NCBI GenBank assembly: GCA_026936335.1
Contig: JAPMXV010000072.1
Coordinates: 124,001-188,000, forward strand
Length of the DNA: 64,000 bases
Direction of reading: 5' to 3'
Source: Mantamonas sphyraenae STR306
Taxonomy: Eukaryota > Protista > CRuMs
How positions within the stretch are numbered: position 1 is the stretch's first letter; each line of letters opens with the position of its first letter. Below are positions 11,353 through 23,112 of the stretch, piece after piece. Position numbers and translations under genes: made by a program. The notes under the pieces were generated by a model that worked only from the letters and a program-made list of their open reading frames with translations, made no database searches and was not told where the DNA came from.

Positions 11353-12940
11353 TCAATCCTCCGCCACAAGCTGCACCACCTCTTTGATGATGGTTTCGCT
11401 CTTGAGCATGCCAAAATGGCCCTCCAGAGGAAACTCCTGCACGTACACGGGCGCCTCCTGCTCGGTTTGGAACTCAAAGCACTTGCGCAGGGACATGGCA
11501 GGCACGGTGCCATCGCCGTCGTCGTCGTATGTGATTTGAGGGTCCACGTTGACATTGCCATCGGGGTAGTTGTACGAAAACTCGGTGGGCACGCCCGTGC
11601 CGTAGATGCAGTACGTGGTCACGTTGGGTGCCTTGATGTGTTGTGTCAACGGCTTGGTGTGCCTGTAGATGGCTGCCGTGTCGTTGGCATCAATGTCCAA
11701 CAGCAGCTGCTCCAGGTCGTGTGTGTACGTCTTGTTGGCCACGCGCACCACAGGTCGCTCCTCCCACATGTTCTCCTGAGGAAACAGCCATGTGATGCCA
11801 CCCGCCTTGCGAATGATTGTGCGCAGGCGCAGCGGGTCCACCAGTGAGATGTCTCCCAACTGGATGCCATTGTTGTCCCCGGACACCACGCCGCGAATCG
11901 TCTTGGGTGCTCCCGACCACGGGCCCGCCAAACTCACAAACCCGCGCACATACTTGTCCTTCCACTCCTGCGTTTGCAGCGACAGAAACGTGCCCATGTG
12001 GATGTTGCCCATGCTGTGGCACACAATATACACACTCTGCAGTTGAGTCCTGCGGTGTCAGCGAGTGTCGATCCACGACGAACAACGACGGACTTGCCCC
12101 CCCCTTTTCTTTCTCTCCGACACACACCCAGTCACACTCATTCCCGCAACTCTGCCCACACCACCCACGCATTCTCCAGACGCATGGACGTCGATGGGAG
12201 CTTACCTTGTTGCCTGCCGTTTCGTAGGCACTCTCAAACAGCCGCGTCAGGTTGGCGTAGAACGGATAGCTGAGAGTCGCCTCGGGCGGCAGCCGCCAGT
12301 CAAACGGGGCGCCAAACAGGGTCTTTCCCTCCACAAATCCGCGTGCCTTGAGGGCTTCGATCATGGGACCATACACAGAGGTGATGCCCACGCCTTTGCC
12401 AAACTTGACGTCCAGGTAATCGACGCCGTGGAGGCCGCCAAAGTCCATGGGACGCGCGTCGATGCCGTGCGGTTCAGAGTAGGTGTTTGTCGTCGCGTTG
12501 TACTCGATGTCCAGGTTGTGGTACCAGCAGTCGATCTCGTAGGGGATGAGTTCCTGCAGGCCCAGCCACAAGCGGAAGTACGAGTTGGTCACACGCTTGC
12601 AGAAGGCCGGGTGCGGGCGAGGGTCGTTGTCCCAAAGCTTCGCCTCAATGGCACTGGCCCCGAGGCCCGGCATCAGAATCACCGGATACTCAATGTCACC
12701 TGCGTTGGGTGCGTTCGACCCTGCCATTGCCTTTTGTCGCAGTGCCTCGCCCAGCAGACGTGCCTCGCGACGCTCCTGCGCATCTTTGTCCGCACAGCGA
12801 AAGGGAAACAACAGCGTTTCCTCCAAATCCGAGTCGTCGCACCCTGTTGCCTTGTTCTTGTTGCCAGGCGCGGCGGAAGCAGCACATGTGGCCACCACCA
12901 GCACGGATACCAGCACGCACACAATGGTTTGGGGTCTCAT
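11353..12940 (-). CDS. LCAT-family acyltransferase / lysosomal phospholipase A2 (exons 12940-12206, 12036-11353)
   Basis: Signal peptide; PVILMPGLGAS, GAPFDWR, nucleophile CHSMG, DGDGTVP and catalytic His in GHFGML. Confidence 0.93.
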
Positions 12941-13043
12941 GTGTGAACCGAATTTGATTGGTGGGGCAGGGTGTCGAGACCTGCGATGCGATCCACCCCG
13001 CCCTCGCACGGACACACAGCTCCTCCCCCCTTCCCCCCTTCCC

Positions 13044-16000
13044 TCACTTGTTCCCACTTTCCTTCTCGCCTTCCACGTGCCAATTCATGAGGTTTGTCTC
13101 GACACGCATCTCTGTGCCGTTGGCCTCAGTGACAGTGATTGTCTTGACCGTATGTCCCGGCACTGCCATGCACTTGTACTCCGTGATGGTGGACTTGTTG
13201 CCTCCATAAGGCGTCGTGCTTTCGCTCACCATCACACTCTTCCAACACATCAGCTTGGTCTCTTCGGGGTCCCCACGCGCCTCCAAACGCACCTCCCCAT
13301 CCCCCAACACATACACGGGCACATCCAACTCCACCACGTTGCTTGTCGTCGTGCTCACCGTGTGGTAATCCTTGTTCTCGCTGCTGCTCGTGAACCGCAA
13401 CACAAGCGGGTACCGGCCGTCTGCTGCGTCGCCTCCATCCACGCTCAGCCACGACGTGGTGTTGCTGTTGGTCGATCCCACATCCACCACCGTGTTGACA
13501 CGCACACATGCCATGTCCTCATCGCCCACTCGCAACACTTCTGTCTCTCCCTGCGTTGCATCCACGGGCGAGCCCTTGGCCATCACGTTGTCCATTGTGG
13601 TGGTGCCTGTCCACTGGTTCGTCGTCTTGTACCTCACCACCGCATCCGTCTCTCGCACCTGATACAGAATCTGCTTGGAAACCGTCGCAGACGTTGCCAC
13701 CTCGCCCGAGTACGACGTCTGCAACGTGGTGGCATGGCTACCCGCAGGGAATCCCAGCCACATGTGCGTCCGCAAATCCGGCCGTTCCTCGAAATCCACA
13801 GGCAAGTTGTCCACACTCTTTTCCACAACCGCACTGTCCAGCGCCGCTTCTGTCTTTACACTCGCCATCTGATCCTTCACCGCTTGTTTCATCTCTTCGG
13901 CACGTGCTCGCATGGCCTCCTCCGCCTCTGCCATGGCTTGTGCCCGGATTTCCTCTGCACGCGCCTCCCTCTCCGCCTTTACACGTGCCTCCTCCTCTTC
14001 CTTGGCCACACGCTCTGCCTCCTCCCTGGCCACCCGTGCAGCCTCTGCCTGCGCCTTGCGTGTGGCCTCCCGTTCCAGGTACGCGGTGCGATTGGCCGCA
14101 AACTCCTCCGCCAGCGCATCCAGCTCCATGGCACGGTCGCGCAGATGGTCCCTGGAGCCGGTCAGAAACATGGTGTGGTAGTTGCCCATAAAGATGTCCA
14201 CGACACAGACTGAATCGAGGGCATAGACGCGCTGCGGACGAAGCTGGGGCATTTGCACCACACTGCCTTCCATGCAGGGAGAGCCTAGGCTGTGACTCAG
14301 CGAAGTGCCCCACGTGTACACAGTGCCATCCTCCAGCACCGCCCCAGCGCACGATTTTTGCGACGCCACACGAAGCACACGCTTGTTCTTGGGCAACATG
14401 GGCCTCGAGGGACAGCGCACCTCACGTGAGCGCAAACCCAGCCCTGCCTGGCCGTCGCCATTGCTGCCAAAGCCGTACAACTCGCCGTCGGCCGTGATCA
14501 CAAAGGTGATACTGCCGCGTGTGGTGAGATCGACCACCACTTTGTCCTTGAGATGACCGCCCACACGTTGCGGATACACGGCCTGGTCACCTTCGTTGGA
14601 CCCACGGCGTTGGTTGCCCCGACGGTAGCTGTGTGCGTACCCCTGCTTCTGTTCTTGCTCATCTGCAGGTGGTCCCAGCTGCGAACAATCCACACTGCCC
14701 ATCGTCCACAGCCAGCCCATGTCATCCAGCAGCACGGTGTGGTCCGTACCACACGCCACCTGTGTCACACGCACATCCTCGTGCCAGTACGGCGGGAATT
14801 CCACGTTTGGGCCGATCCACGTGGTAATCGCCCTGATCAGGGGTCACGCCACATTGCCCGTACCGGTTGTATCCCCACGCGTATGCCTCTCCCTCCGCCG
14901 TGAGTGCCACCATGTGTGCACCGCCCACCGATGCGTCCACGATTCGTTTGTCCTGAAAGTACTTCACCAACCGTGGCGCCATTCGATCTTCCAGGTCGCT
15001 GTGTGCCAGCGCACCAATGCCGCCGCCTCCAAATGTGTACAAATCGCCGTTGGCTGTGAGCACAAACGCAGGCGCCTGGCACGACTTGCCATACGAGGAC
15101 ATGGCGTGGCCCATGCCAGCCTTGACCACCTTTTTGCCTGCCAGCGCACGGATTTGCTTGGGCACCACCTGCGGCTTGGCTGTGCCCAGGCCCAGACTGC
15201 CTGCAGACGAGTTTTGCCCATACGAGTACACATGTCCCTTGCTGGTCACGGCAAGGAAACAGTGGTCGTTGGTGCTGGCATACACCACGTCTTTGCTGCG
15301 CAGTGCACGCACCACTCGCGGTGTGTCCACATTCTCCGCAAAGTATGCCATGTTGCTGTTGGCATACTTGCTCACTTCCATCGCTTCCAGTTCCTCGTCC
15401 GTCATCACTCCACTGTACGGACCTGTGCCACATGCTAGCAGCACCCTCTTCTGTTTCTTTGCCTTTTTGTCCTTCTTCTTCTTGTCCTTCTTGTCCTTCT
15501 TGTCCTCCTCATGACTTTGCTTCTTGTCATGCTCCTTGGGGTCGGCTGCACTTTGCGCCTTGTCTTCCGAGAAGGAGGAGGAGGAGGAGGAAGAGGAGGA
15601 GTTGGAGGATGACGATGACGAGGACGATGACGCCCCTTTGCCCTTGTCATCCTTCTCGTCATCACCGTGCGCATGTATGCCGAGACGTTCGATGATGGCC
15701 AGTCGCTGCTGCATGGCTTCTTCGTTGAGCATGGTCACCTCGCTTTCCGTGCGTGCCTGAAGCTCTTTCAGCGAAACCATGTCCGAGTCAACACCGACCA
15801 GCTCCACACTCTGCTCCTCCAGATCGTCGTTCATCAGCAGCTGTCGCATGCGTTTGTCCTTGCGACCCGCACTGAACATGGCTTTGAAGTTGCCGTTCTC
15901 GTACTGCGTGTCAAACTCGTACTCGTCCAATCCCTTGAGGAAGTTGTCGCTCTCGCGTGTGGCATCCCTCATCAGAAACTCCCGTTTTCGCAGGCGATTC

Positions 16001-19000
16001 ATCGCGTCACTGCGGTTCAGGCTGGTGGCCAGTGTGAACGGCAGCGGCACGGGCGTGTGAAACAACAGCTCACTCATCTCACGGGAGCACGGCAGCTGAA
16101 ACTCGTTGTAAATCTCGATGAAGCGTCCCGTGTAGAAATCAAGCGCTTCCAGGATGCGACCCTGCTGAAAGAGGATGTTGATGATGGAGTTGAGGGCAAC
16201 GAGCTCAAATGGATGCGTCACACCAGTCTCCAGCAGATTCAACACCATGCGCACATACACCTCACACTGCACCTCGTGGCCGTGTGCACGATGGCACTCA
16301 CTCAACAGGAAGAGGAGGCGCACAAGCACACGCGGATGCACCCATCTCTGCTGGCGAAACAGTTCCAGCGAGTTTTGGGCCAGATCCAGCGCCTCCTCGG
16401 TGAGGCCATTCACAAGTTGCAGCTCGACCATGTTGACGCGACTCACCATGGCCAGGCTGCTGGTTTCCCCAAACACAGCCTGCACCCACGAGTGATACTC
16501 TCGCTGCCGGATCAACTGCTCATTGGTGGATTGCAACGTCTCGTCGGCGGCGCCATCCAACTCGCGCGACGAGATGAGTGTGCGGGTGGAAGGAAGCAGG
16601 TGGACGACGTCGGAGGCGTCAAAGGGTTCGGCATCTGTCCATCCATCCTTGCCACGGGCAGCGGCCTGCTCCAGGCTCTCTGAAGTCAACACAGCGCCAA
16701 AGTAGGCACGCACGAGGCCAAACAGGTACTTGAGATTGATGTGAGAGCGCAAGTCGAGTTCAGCCAACATCATGTCGTCGGGGAGCGGACCATACACGCC
16801 GTAGTGCAGGTGGATGAGCATCTTGACCACCACACGCCAAAAGGTGTCGCTGCGCTCGCTGGCTCCCATGACCATGTTCAGGTAGGAAACGACCAGGGCG
16901 TGGTAGGCTGCTGGTTCGGTGGAGGCAATGCTGCGCATTTCCGATCGAAACATGTTTTTGGCCACTCGGGCAACCATTTCCGCAAGGACCAGCGACTGGG
17001 CGCGCTCGGTCTCCAGACGATTGCGCAAAAGGCCCATGTAGCGCAGGTTGATGCCACGCGAGTGCATGGCCGAGCGCAGGCTGCTACTGTCGCACACCCA
17101 CACCGCCCCCGTGTTGATATCATCGGCCAGTTGTGGCACAAGCTCGCGAGTCAGTCGCATCGTCGCTGCGTGCGTTTCCAGGTTGTGCTTGCGCGCACGG
17201 TGGCGACCAAAGCCCGTGAACGAATCGGAACTCAGCGGCGCTGGGTTGCTGCGCACCAGTTCCGGACGCAACAGGCAGTGCAGATGATGGCCCTTGGGCG
17301 ACGCCATGATGACGGCGTCGCCATACACGGGCATGTTGCACAATAACGAGGCTGCTTCGTTCAGCTCAAACTCGTCACCCTCGTCCTTTCCTCGCTTCAC
17401 ATACACCAGCATGAAATCCCACAGCTGCTTCACCTCGAGACGCGGACGCACAGGCGCGCTGCGATGCCTTCCATCGTCGCTGTCGCTGTCGCTGTCACTG
17501 TCGCTGTCACTATCGCTATCACTGTCACTCTCCAGCGCCAAAATGTCGCCAACTTCGCTGCGCCATTCGCGTTTGTCGATTTCCAGTTCGATGTGCACCT
17601 TGCCCTCGTCTGGGGTGGCCAGCAGGAGGATGCCCACGACAACCTTGCTGGGGGTCTCGGGGGGAAACACACGTGCGGTGTCGAGGACATAGATGCGATT
17701 GTCGCGTCCGACGTGGCCTTCGATGTCGCATGGAGCAAACAGTTCCTTCTTCTGGTTGCCGTCGCCGACGACATGGCCCTTGATGTTGAGCCGGTTTGCT
17801 GCCTCCTCCATGAGGGCGCTGACGAGCGCATCATCCTTGTGGACGGTGGTCCCTTGGTCGGAAGAGCCATAGACGAGGGTATGACTGGTGATGGGCACCA
17901 GCGACGAGGCAAACAGTCGGTAGCCGCGATGGTCAACGAGACAACACAGCGGAGTGTGCAACAGGGGCATCTCGCAGTCCAGGTACGCACGCATTCCCGA
18001 CAACTCGTGCTGTGCCACTTTGAAGGCACCTGCTTCGCCGCCATAGATGCCATTGTTGTCGCGCACAAACTTGAAGAAGATGCCCTTGTGGATGAATTTG
18101 TCACCGCCGGCAAAGCCCAGACCCGTGGACGGCTTGATGGTCTTTTGGTCCACTGGAACGTTGGCCTCCTCGATGATGACCCGTCCAACCTCCTGTGCCA
18201 TGGCTGCAAACTCGTTGCTGAGCAGAAACTGCCGTGTTTTGCGCAGCAGCTTTTGGGTCGGCGTCACCGCAGGCATGTCCAACACCTGTTGGAACTCTTC
18301 GTTCCACGCTCGTTCTCCCTTTTTGTTGAGCATCTGTGGCACCGGACCCGTGGTTGCTGCTGTTCCGGTGGTGGATGACGATGGGTCGCTTTCACCAGCG
18401 GTCCCGCTGCTGGTGGTCAGACCTGCACTGCCACTGGCACTGGATACACTGTCTGTGCTGTCACCGCCACCTTCGAGTCCCAGATCCATGTTCTGTGCAT
18501 AGTTGCTTGTGGTGGAGACGGCAGAAAGGAGCATGACCTGCTGAAAGTCGATGCTGCCTGCGTGCTCCAACCCTGCAGCCTGACGTTCCTCCTCCCGCAG
18601 CGTACGTTGCTCCTGCGCCTCCTGGTCGTCCTCATCCTCATCATGGAGGGCATGGGTGGCTCCCAATGCGGACGAGGCACTGCTACTGATGCCATCGCCG
18701 CCATCGTCCTCTGTCAGCGCATTCTCCAGGTACCCTGCATCCAAGTCGTAGTTTGAAGGGATGTCATCGCCTTGGTGTTGGCCAATGTCGTCGTCCTGAG
18801 CCTCCTTGGCCAGGAGGGCAGCCGCTGCCTCATCGTCCTCGACCTCGACTGCTGCGGTTAGGTTGCCCTGAGCCCACTGGTCGACCAGCGCCTGTGCGGA
18901 TGTGTGTGTGTGGCCGTGCTCGTGTTGCGTCTCTTGCACGTCGTCGTCGGGAGTGCCCAGTTCCCCTCCTCCCGGAGCGTACGCTCGATATGCCAGCGAC

Positions 19001-19228
19001 GATTGGCTGTCCAACGCACTCATGTCGTACGACTGGACACTCGAATCTTGGTTGTTGGTGGTGGACACGTCAATCACAATATCGTCGTCGTCGTCGTCGT
19101 CGTCGTCCAAGGCACTCATGGAATACCCGCTGGTTGACACCGACGTTTCGTCCATGCCCAATGACACAGAAGGTTCCGACAGGGATGGATCGTCAGTTTG
19201 AATGTCCACCACATCGTCGTTGTCGTCG

Positions 19229-19259
<31 letters not shown>

Positions 19260-19554
19260 TCAGCAAGGCCTGGGGATCGTAGTTGGAAAAGCCCACGTCG
19301 TCGTCCGCCAGCATGGCATCCTGGGAGTATCCCACGTCATTGTACGCGGGTGGGGCGCCAGAATCATCAGAGGCATTGTATGTGCTTGCAACGGCGGCGC
19401 CGTTGGCACCGTCGTCGTCGTCGTCGTCGTAGTCGTCGTCGTCATCAAACAGGGCGTTTTCAAGGTACGCTGGCGGTGCTTCGTCGGCAGTGGTTGTCTG
19501 AGGCACCTCGTCCTCGTCGTCTGCCAGCAGGGCGTCCATTTCATAGTTGGACAT
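13044..19554 (-). CDS. Giant Clu-domain + helical/TPR-like + RCC1-repeat protein with a beta-rich C-terminal domain; frame break near 14805
   Basis: Clu motifs WNEEFQ, AGGDKF, KVAQHEL, DHRGYRL, LVYGSSD, DIEGHVGRDNRIYVLDTARVFPPE, LRPELV, PLSSD, HSRGINLRYMG; RCC1 repeats (GDLYTFG, VGGAHMVALT..AWGYNRYGQCG, VACGTDHTVLL) continue across ORFs 14722-19707 and 13044-14804. Confidence 0.88.
17475..17530 (-). repeat. Ser-Asp dipeptide (hexanucleotide) repeat inside the Clu domain insert
   Basis: (GACAGC/GACAGT)n encoding ESDSDSDSDSDSDSDSDD. Confidence 0.8.
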
Positions 19555-19752
19555 GGCTGTGTGGTGGTTGCGAGGATTGTGTTGGATGGGGCAGAGGTTT
19601 GCTTCCTCAGCTGCACCACGCCGAGGTGTCCTTCGCTTGGAACGCACATGCATGCATGCATTTGCGCAAAGAGGGGAGTGTCCGGTTGTATGTGTGCGAA
19701 TGCACATGTGTGTGTGTTGTGCGTGTGTGCGTGCATCTCAAAATTGCAAAGG

Positions 19753-21328
19753 ATGATCTCGGCAATCGCATGGACGCCAAAGGGCGTGGCAAAGGCAATG
19801 CCGGATTACTACGAGCCGAGCAAGGAGGAGCTGGAGGCCATGGGGGAGGAGTTGGAGGCCAATGGGATGGACATGGCGTCTGTGCTGAGGCGTGACGACG
19901 CCGGGGAGGAGGAAGAGGAGGACGAGGAGGAGGAGACAAGCAGCAGCAGCAGCCGCCGCAACGGCAGCAGCAGTGCACTGGCAGGAGGCAAGGGCAAGAG
20001 CAAGAACAAGGGCAAGGGCAAGGCGTTGAGTGTGGAGGACGAATTTGACATGGACAACTACGACAACGAGTCGAGTGAGTTTTGCCCCGGGGGGGGGACG
20101 TGCGCTTGTTTGTGCGGACTCCTGTGTTGGGGGGTGGGAGCAAAATTCCGGGCCGCATGCGGTGCAGGCGAGCGTGGGAGGGCGACTGACACGACGGACA
20201 CTCACAGACGCACTGGACACGATGGGCGCATCGATTGGAGACATGTTGGAGGCATTGGATCCGTCTGAGGATCCGTACATCACGGTTCCGGAGGACCAGC
20301 TGGAGGACGACGAGATCGAGGACGTGAAGATCCGCAAGGACGAGTGCATGATCCTGACTGCTCGCAGCGAGGAGGACGTGAGTCTTTTGGAGGTGCAGGT
20401 GTACATGGAGGACGAGGCACACATGTATGTACACCACGAGGTGCTGCTGCCTGAGTTTCCGCTGTGTTTGGCGTGGCTGGATTACAACGCCAGCCGGGAG
20501 CACCTGGGGGATGAGGGCAACTTTGTGGCCATTGGCACGTTTACGCCAGACATTGAGATCTGGAATCTGGACCTGGTGGATGCCCTGGAACCTGTGTTGG
20601 TGCTGGAGGGGTTTGAAGGCAAGGCAAGGAGCAAGAAGGCAAAGAAGAGGGGACACACGGATGCAGTGATGGCATTGTCGTGGAATGCAAACAAGCGCAA
20701 TGCGTTGGCATCCGGGTCGGCAGATACGACAGTCAAGGTGTGGGATCTGGAAAAGGCGGCGTGCTTGTTTACGTACACACACCACGAGGACAAGGTACAG
20801 TGTGTGCAGTGGCACCCGGAGGAGGACACATACATGGCCACAGGCAGTTTCGATCGCACGATGGCGGTGCTGGATGCGGCCAAGCCGAGCGAGGTGAAAA
20901 CGATGGAATTGCCGGCAGACATTGAGGCCATGGCGTGGAACCCGTGGGATTGGGACCAGCTGGTGGCCAGCTGTGAGGATGGCACTGTGGTGTGCTACGA
21001 CATCAGGCGGAACGACAAGCCGCTGTGGACCCTGGATGCACACAACAAGCAGTGTTCGAGCATTGGCTTCTCCAAGTGCAACCGACAGCCTCTGATGGCC
21101 TCGGGCAGCACCGACGGCACCGTCAAGCTGTGGGATCTGACAGACAACAAGCCATCGCTGATCACCTCGCGGGACCTGGGTGTGGGCGCCGTGTATTGCC
21201 TGGACTTTTCCTGGGACATGCCCTATGTGCTGAGTGCAGGTGGACAGAATGGAATGTTGGCCGTGTGGGATCTCACCGAGCAGGAGGAGGTGGAGGATGT
21301 GATTCGCAGGTTGCCCGAGGCAGAGTGA
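19753..21328 (+). CDS. PWP1: Periodic tryptophan protein 1 (WD40; exons 19753-20074, 20208-21328)
   Basis: MISAIAWTPKGVAK, FDMDNYD, DPYIT, YVHHEVLLPEFPLCLAWL, GHTDAV, LASGSADTTVKVWDL; phase-1 intron. Confidence 0.95.
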
Positions 21329-21376
21329 AGAGCGTGGACAGGGAGAGAGAGAGAGAGAGAGCGACAGAAGAAAGCA

Positions 21377-23068
21377 CTATTCGTCAATGCGCACAGTGCC
21401 AGCCTGGTCATCGTCTTCATCGTCGTCATCATCGAGGCCTGGATCGAACCCGGGATCCATGCCGTTCTGTTGGAGCTGTTTCATGCGTTCAGCTTCTGTG
21501 TCGAACCAGCTGACAAAGTTGCCCTGGATGATGTTTGTGTTGGAGCCCGTGAGGAGGGCGGAGCGTGAGCCTGCACGCACCATGCCCACGTTGGGCATGA
21601 AACGGACGATGTGTGCATCGACCTTTGTCTGGATGACGCGTTCACCGTGCGACTGGTCGTTCGCGTAGTGAAAGTGCTTCACAGGGGTGCGCACCACCAT
21701 GGGTGCATTTGTGCGTGGGAAGCAAATCATGCCTCCGCCTGCCGGGATGCCATAGCCCACCACCTTTGGGTTTGCCGTGCGGCCAATCAGCCGTTGCAGG
21801 TACGCGTACCCGTCCACGTCCTGGTCTGTGTCGATGTTGTATGGAAGGATGGCCAGGCCGTCAAACACAGTGGTGTCTTCCATGCCACCCCAGCACTGGG
21901 GGCCCAGGCTGACAGCCCCTGCGCCAACGCCAACCAAGACACTGCCCGCTTGGTGGGCCTCACGCAACACGTTGTCCACACCGGTTTCGGCAAAGTTGAG
22001 CAGACCGACTTCGGGCAAGCCGGGCGAGAGGACAATGACGTTTGCGGTGCGCAAGTAGGCCAGGTCGTCGTCGCTGGGACTGGAGGTGATTTGCCGTGTT
22101 TGCACGAGGCCCACCTCTGCACACACGTCCACAAGGTACTCGTACACATCCTCATCGTCATTGTCGGCTGCACTGAGGTAGGCCACAGTGAGTAGGTCTG
22201 CATCACGCTTGCGCAGGTGAGTAAACTCGTGCCAGCGTCCATCTCGCCTCGCACGTGCCTGCTTTCGCTCCTTGCGTCTGTCCTTTGCATCCCCTTTGCC
22301 ACTCTTGTTGTTGCTCTTGCGTCGCTTCATGCGTCCCAACAGGCTGCTGCTGCCTCGCCTGTCCCCCTGCAGTGTAGGCGAGCAAGAGGAGTCGCTGCCC
22401 TCTTCCGTCGTCGTCGTCGTTGTTGTTGCTTCGCCCGTCGCTTCCTCCTCCTCTGTGGCTTCCACACACGTTTCCAGCCTGTCTTCGCTGCTGGCCTCTG
22501 CTTCCAGCACATCCTCTCCCTGCTCGCTGTTTTTCATCAGCTGCGCCGTCATCAGCACCCGGTAAAAGTACGGCTTCTGGCTGTGCTTCTCCACCGCCTC
22601 AAACAGCAGTTCGTCGCTAAATAGGAACACAGGCCGCCTTGCGTCGTCATGCTGTGGCCACGCATCCAGGAAATCCAGCCACTGGTTGCCATCTGTCTCG
22701 GATTCACTGCTGCTCAGTTCTCCAGCCTCGTCCTGAGTGTGTTTGCGGAGGGATTCGTGGGTTAGTGGCCCGGGAGAATTTTGTGCAGAATCTCCAGGCG
22801 CAATGGCCATACATGCACATGTGTGCGATGGGTATGAAACGCATGGACACAGAGAATGCGGTGTAGGGGGAGGCAGGTTTCCCCCCTTTTGCTCAGGCGT
22901 GTGTGGTGGGTGGGGTTTCCGCTGCTGTTGCTGCTGCTGCTGCACCTTCTCAAGCAGCTCCTGGAGCCGCGCGTCAAAGTCGTCTGCGTCCAGCCCTTCC
23001 ATGCCAGCCCGGCTCGACCGCGAGTAGCGGGAGCCCTTGGAGCCCTTTGAGCCCTGCGAGTTGCCCAT
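21377..23068 (-). CDS. N-myristoylation-motif protein with an inactive peptidase S51 / class I GATase-like domain (exons 23068-22946, 22732-21377)
   Basis: MGNSQS-like start MGNSQGS; VAYLSAAD, ANVIVLSPG, VLVGVGAGA, GLAILPYNID, GYGIPAGGG follow the S51 fold; 213-nt in-frame intron with CTAAC branch point. Confidence 0.7.
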   Translation of the reverse strand: MGNSQGSKGSKGSRYSRSSRAGMEGLDADDFDARLQELLEKVQQQQQQQRKPHPPHTPEQKGGNLPPPTPHSLCPCVSYPSHTCACMAIAPGDSAQNSPGPLTHESLRKHTQDEAGELSSSESETDGNQWLDFLDAWPQHDDARRPVFLFSDELLFEAVEKHSQKPYFYRVLMTAQLMKNSEQGEDVLEAEASSEDRLETCVEATEEEEATGEATTTTTTTEEGSDSSCSPTLQGDRRGSSSLLGRMKRRKSNNKSGKGDAKDRRKERKQARARRDGRWHEFTHLRKRDADLLTVAYLSAADNDDEDVYEYLVDVCAEVGLVQTRQITSSPSDDDLAYLRTANVIVLSPGLPEVGLLNFAETGVDNVLREAHQAGSVLVGVGAGAVSLGPQCWGGMEDTTVFDGLAILPYNIDTDQDVDGYAYLQRLIGRTANPKVVGYGIPAGGGMICFPRTNAPMVVRTPVKHFHYANDQSHGERVIQTKVDAHIVRFMPNVGMVRAGSRSALLTGSNTNIIQGNFVSWFDTEAERMKQLQQNGMDPGFDPGLDDDDDEDDDQAGTVRIDE

Positions 23069-23112
23069 TTGGATGGGTGTGAGCGTGCGATGGCACACAC
23101 ACGGTAAATCCG

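Noticed and set aside
22733-22945. In-frame stop-free segments read as coding by the ORF track (also 59347-59544)
   Set aside because: Bounded by GT..AG splice sites and of intron-like composition; treated as introns
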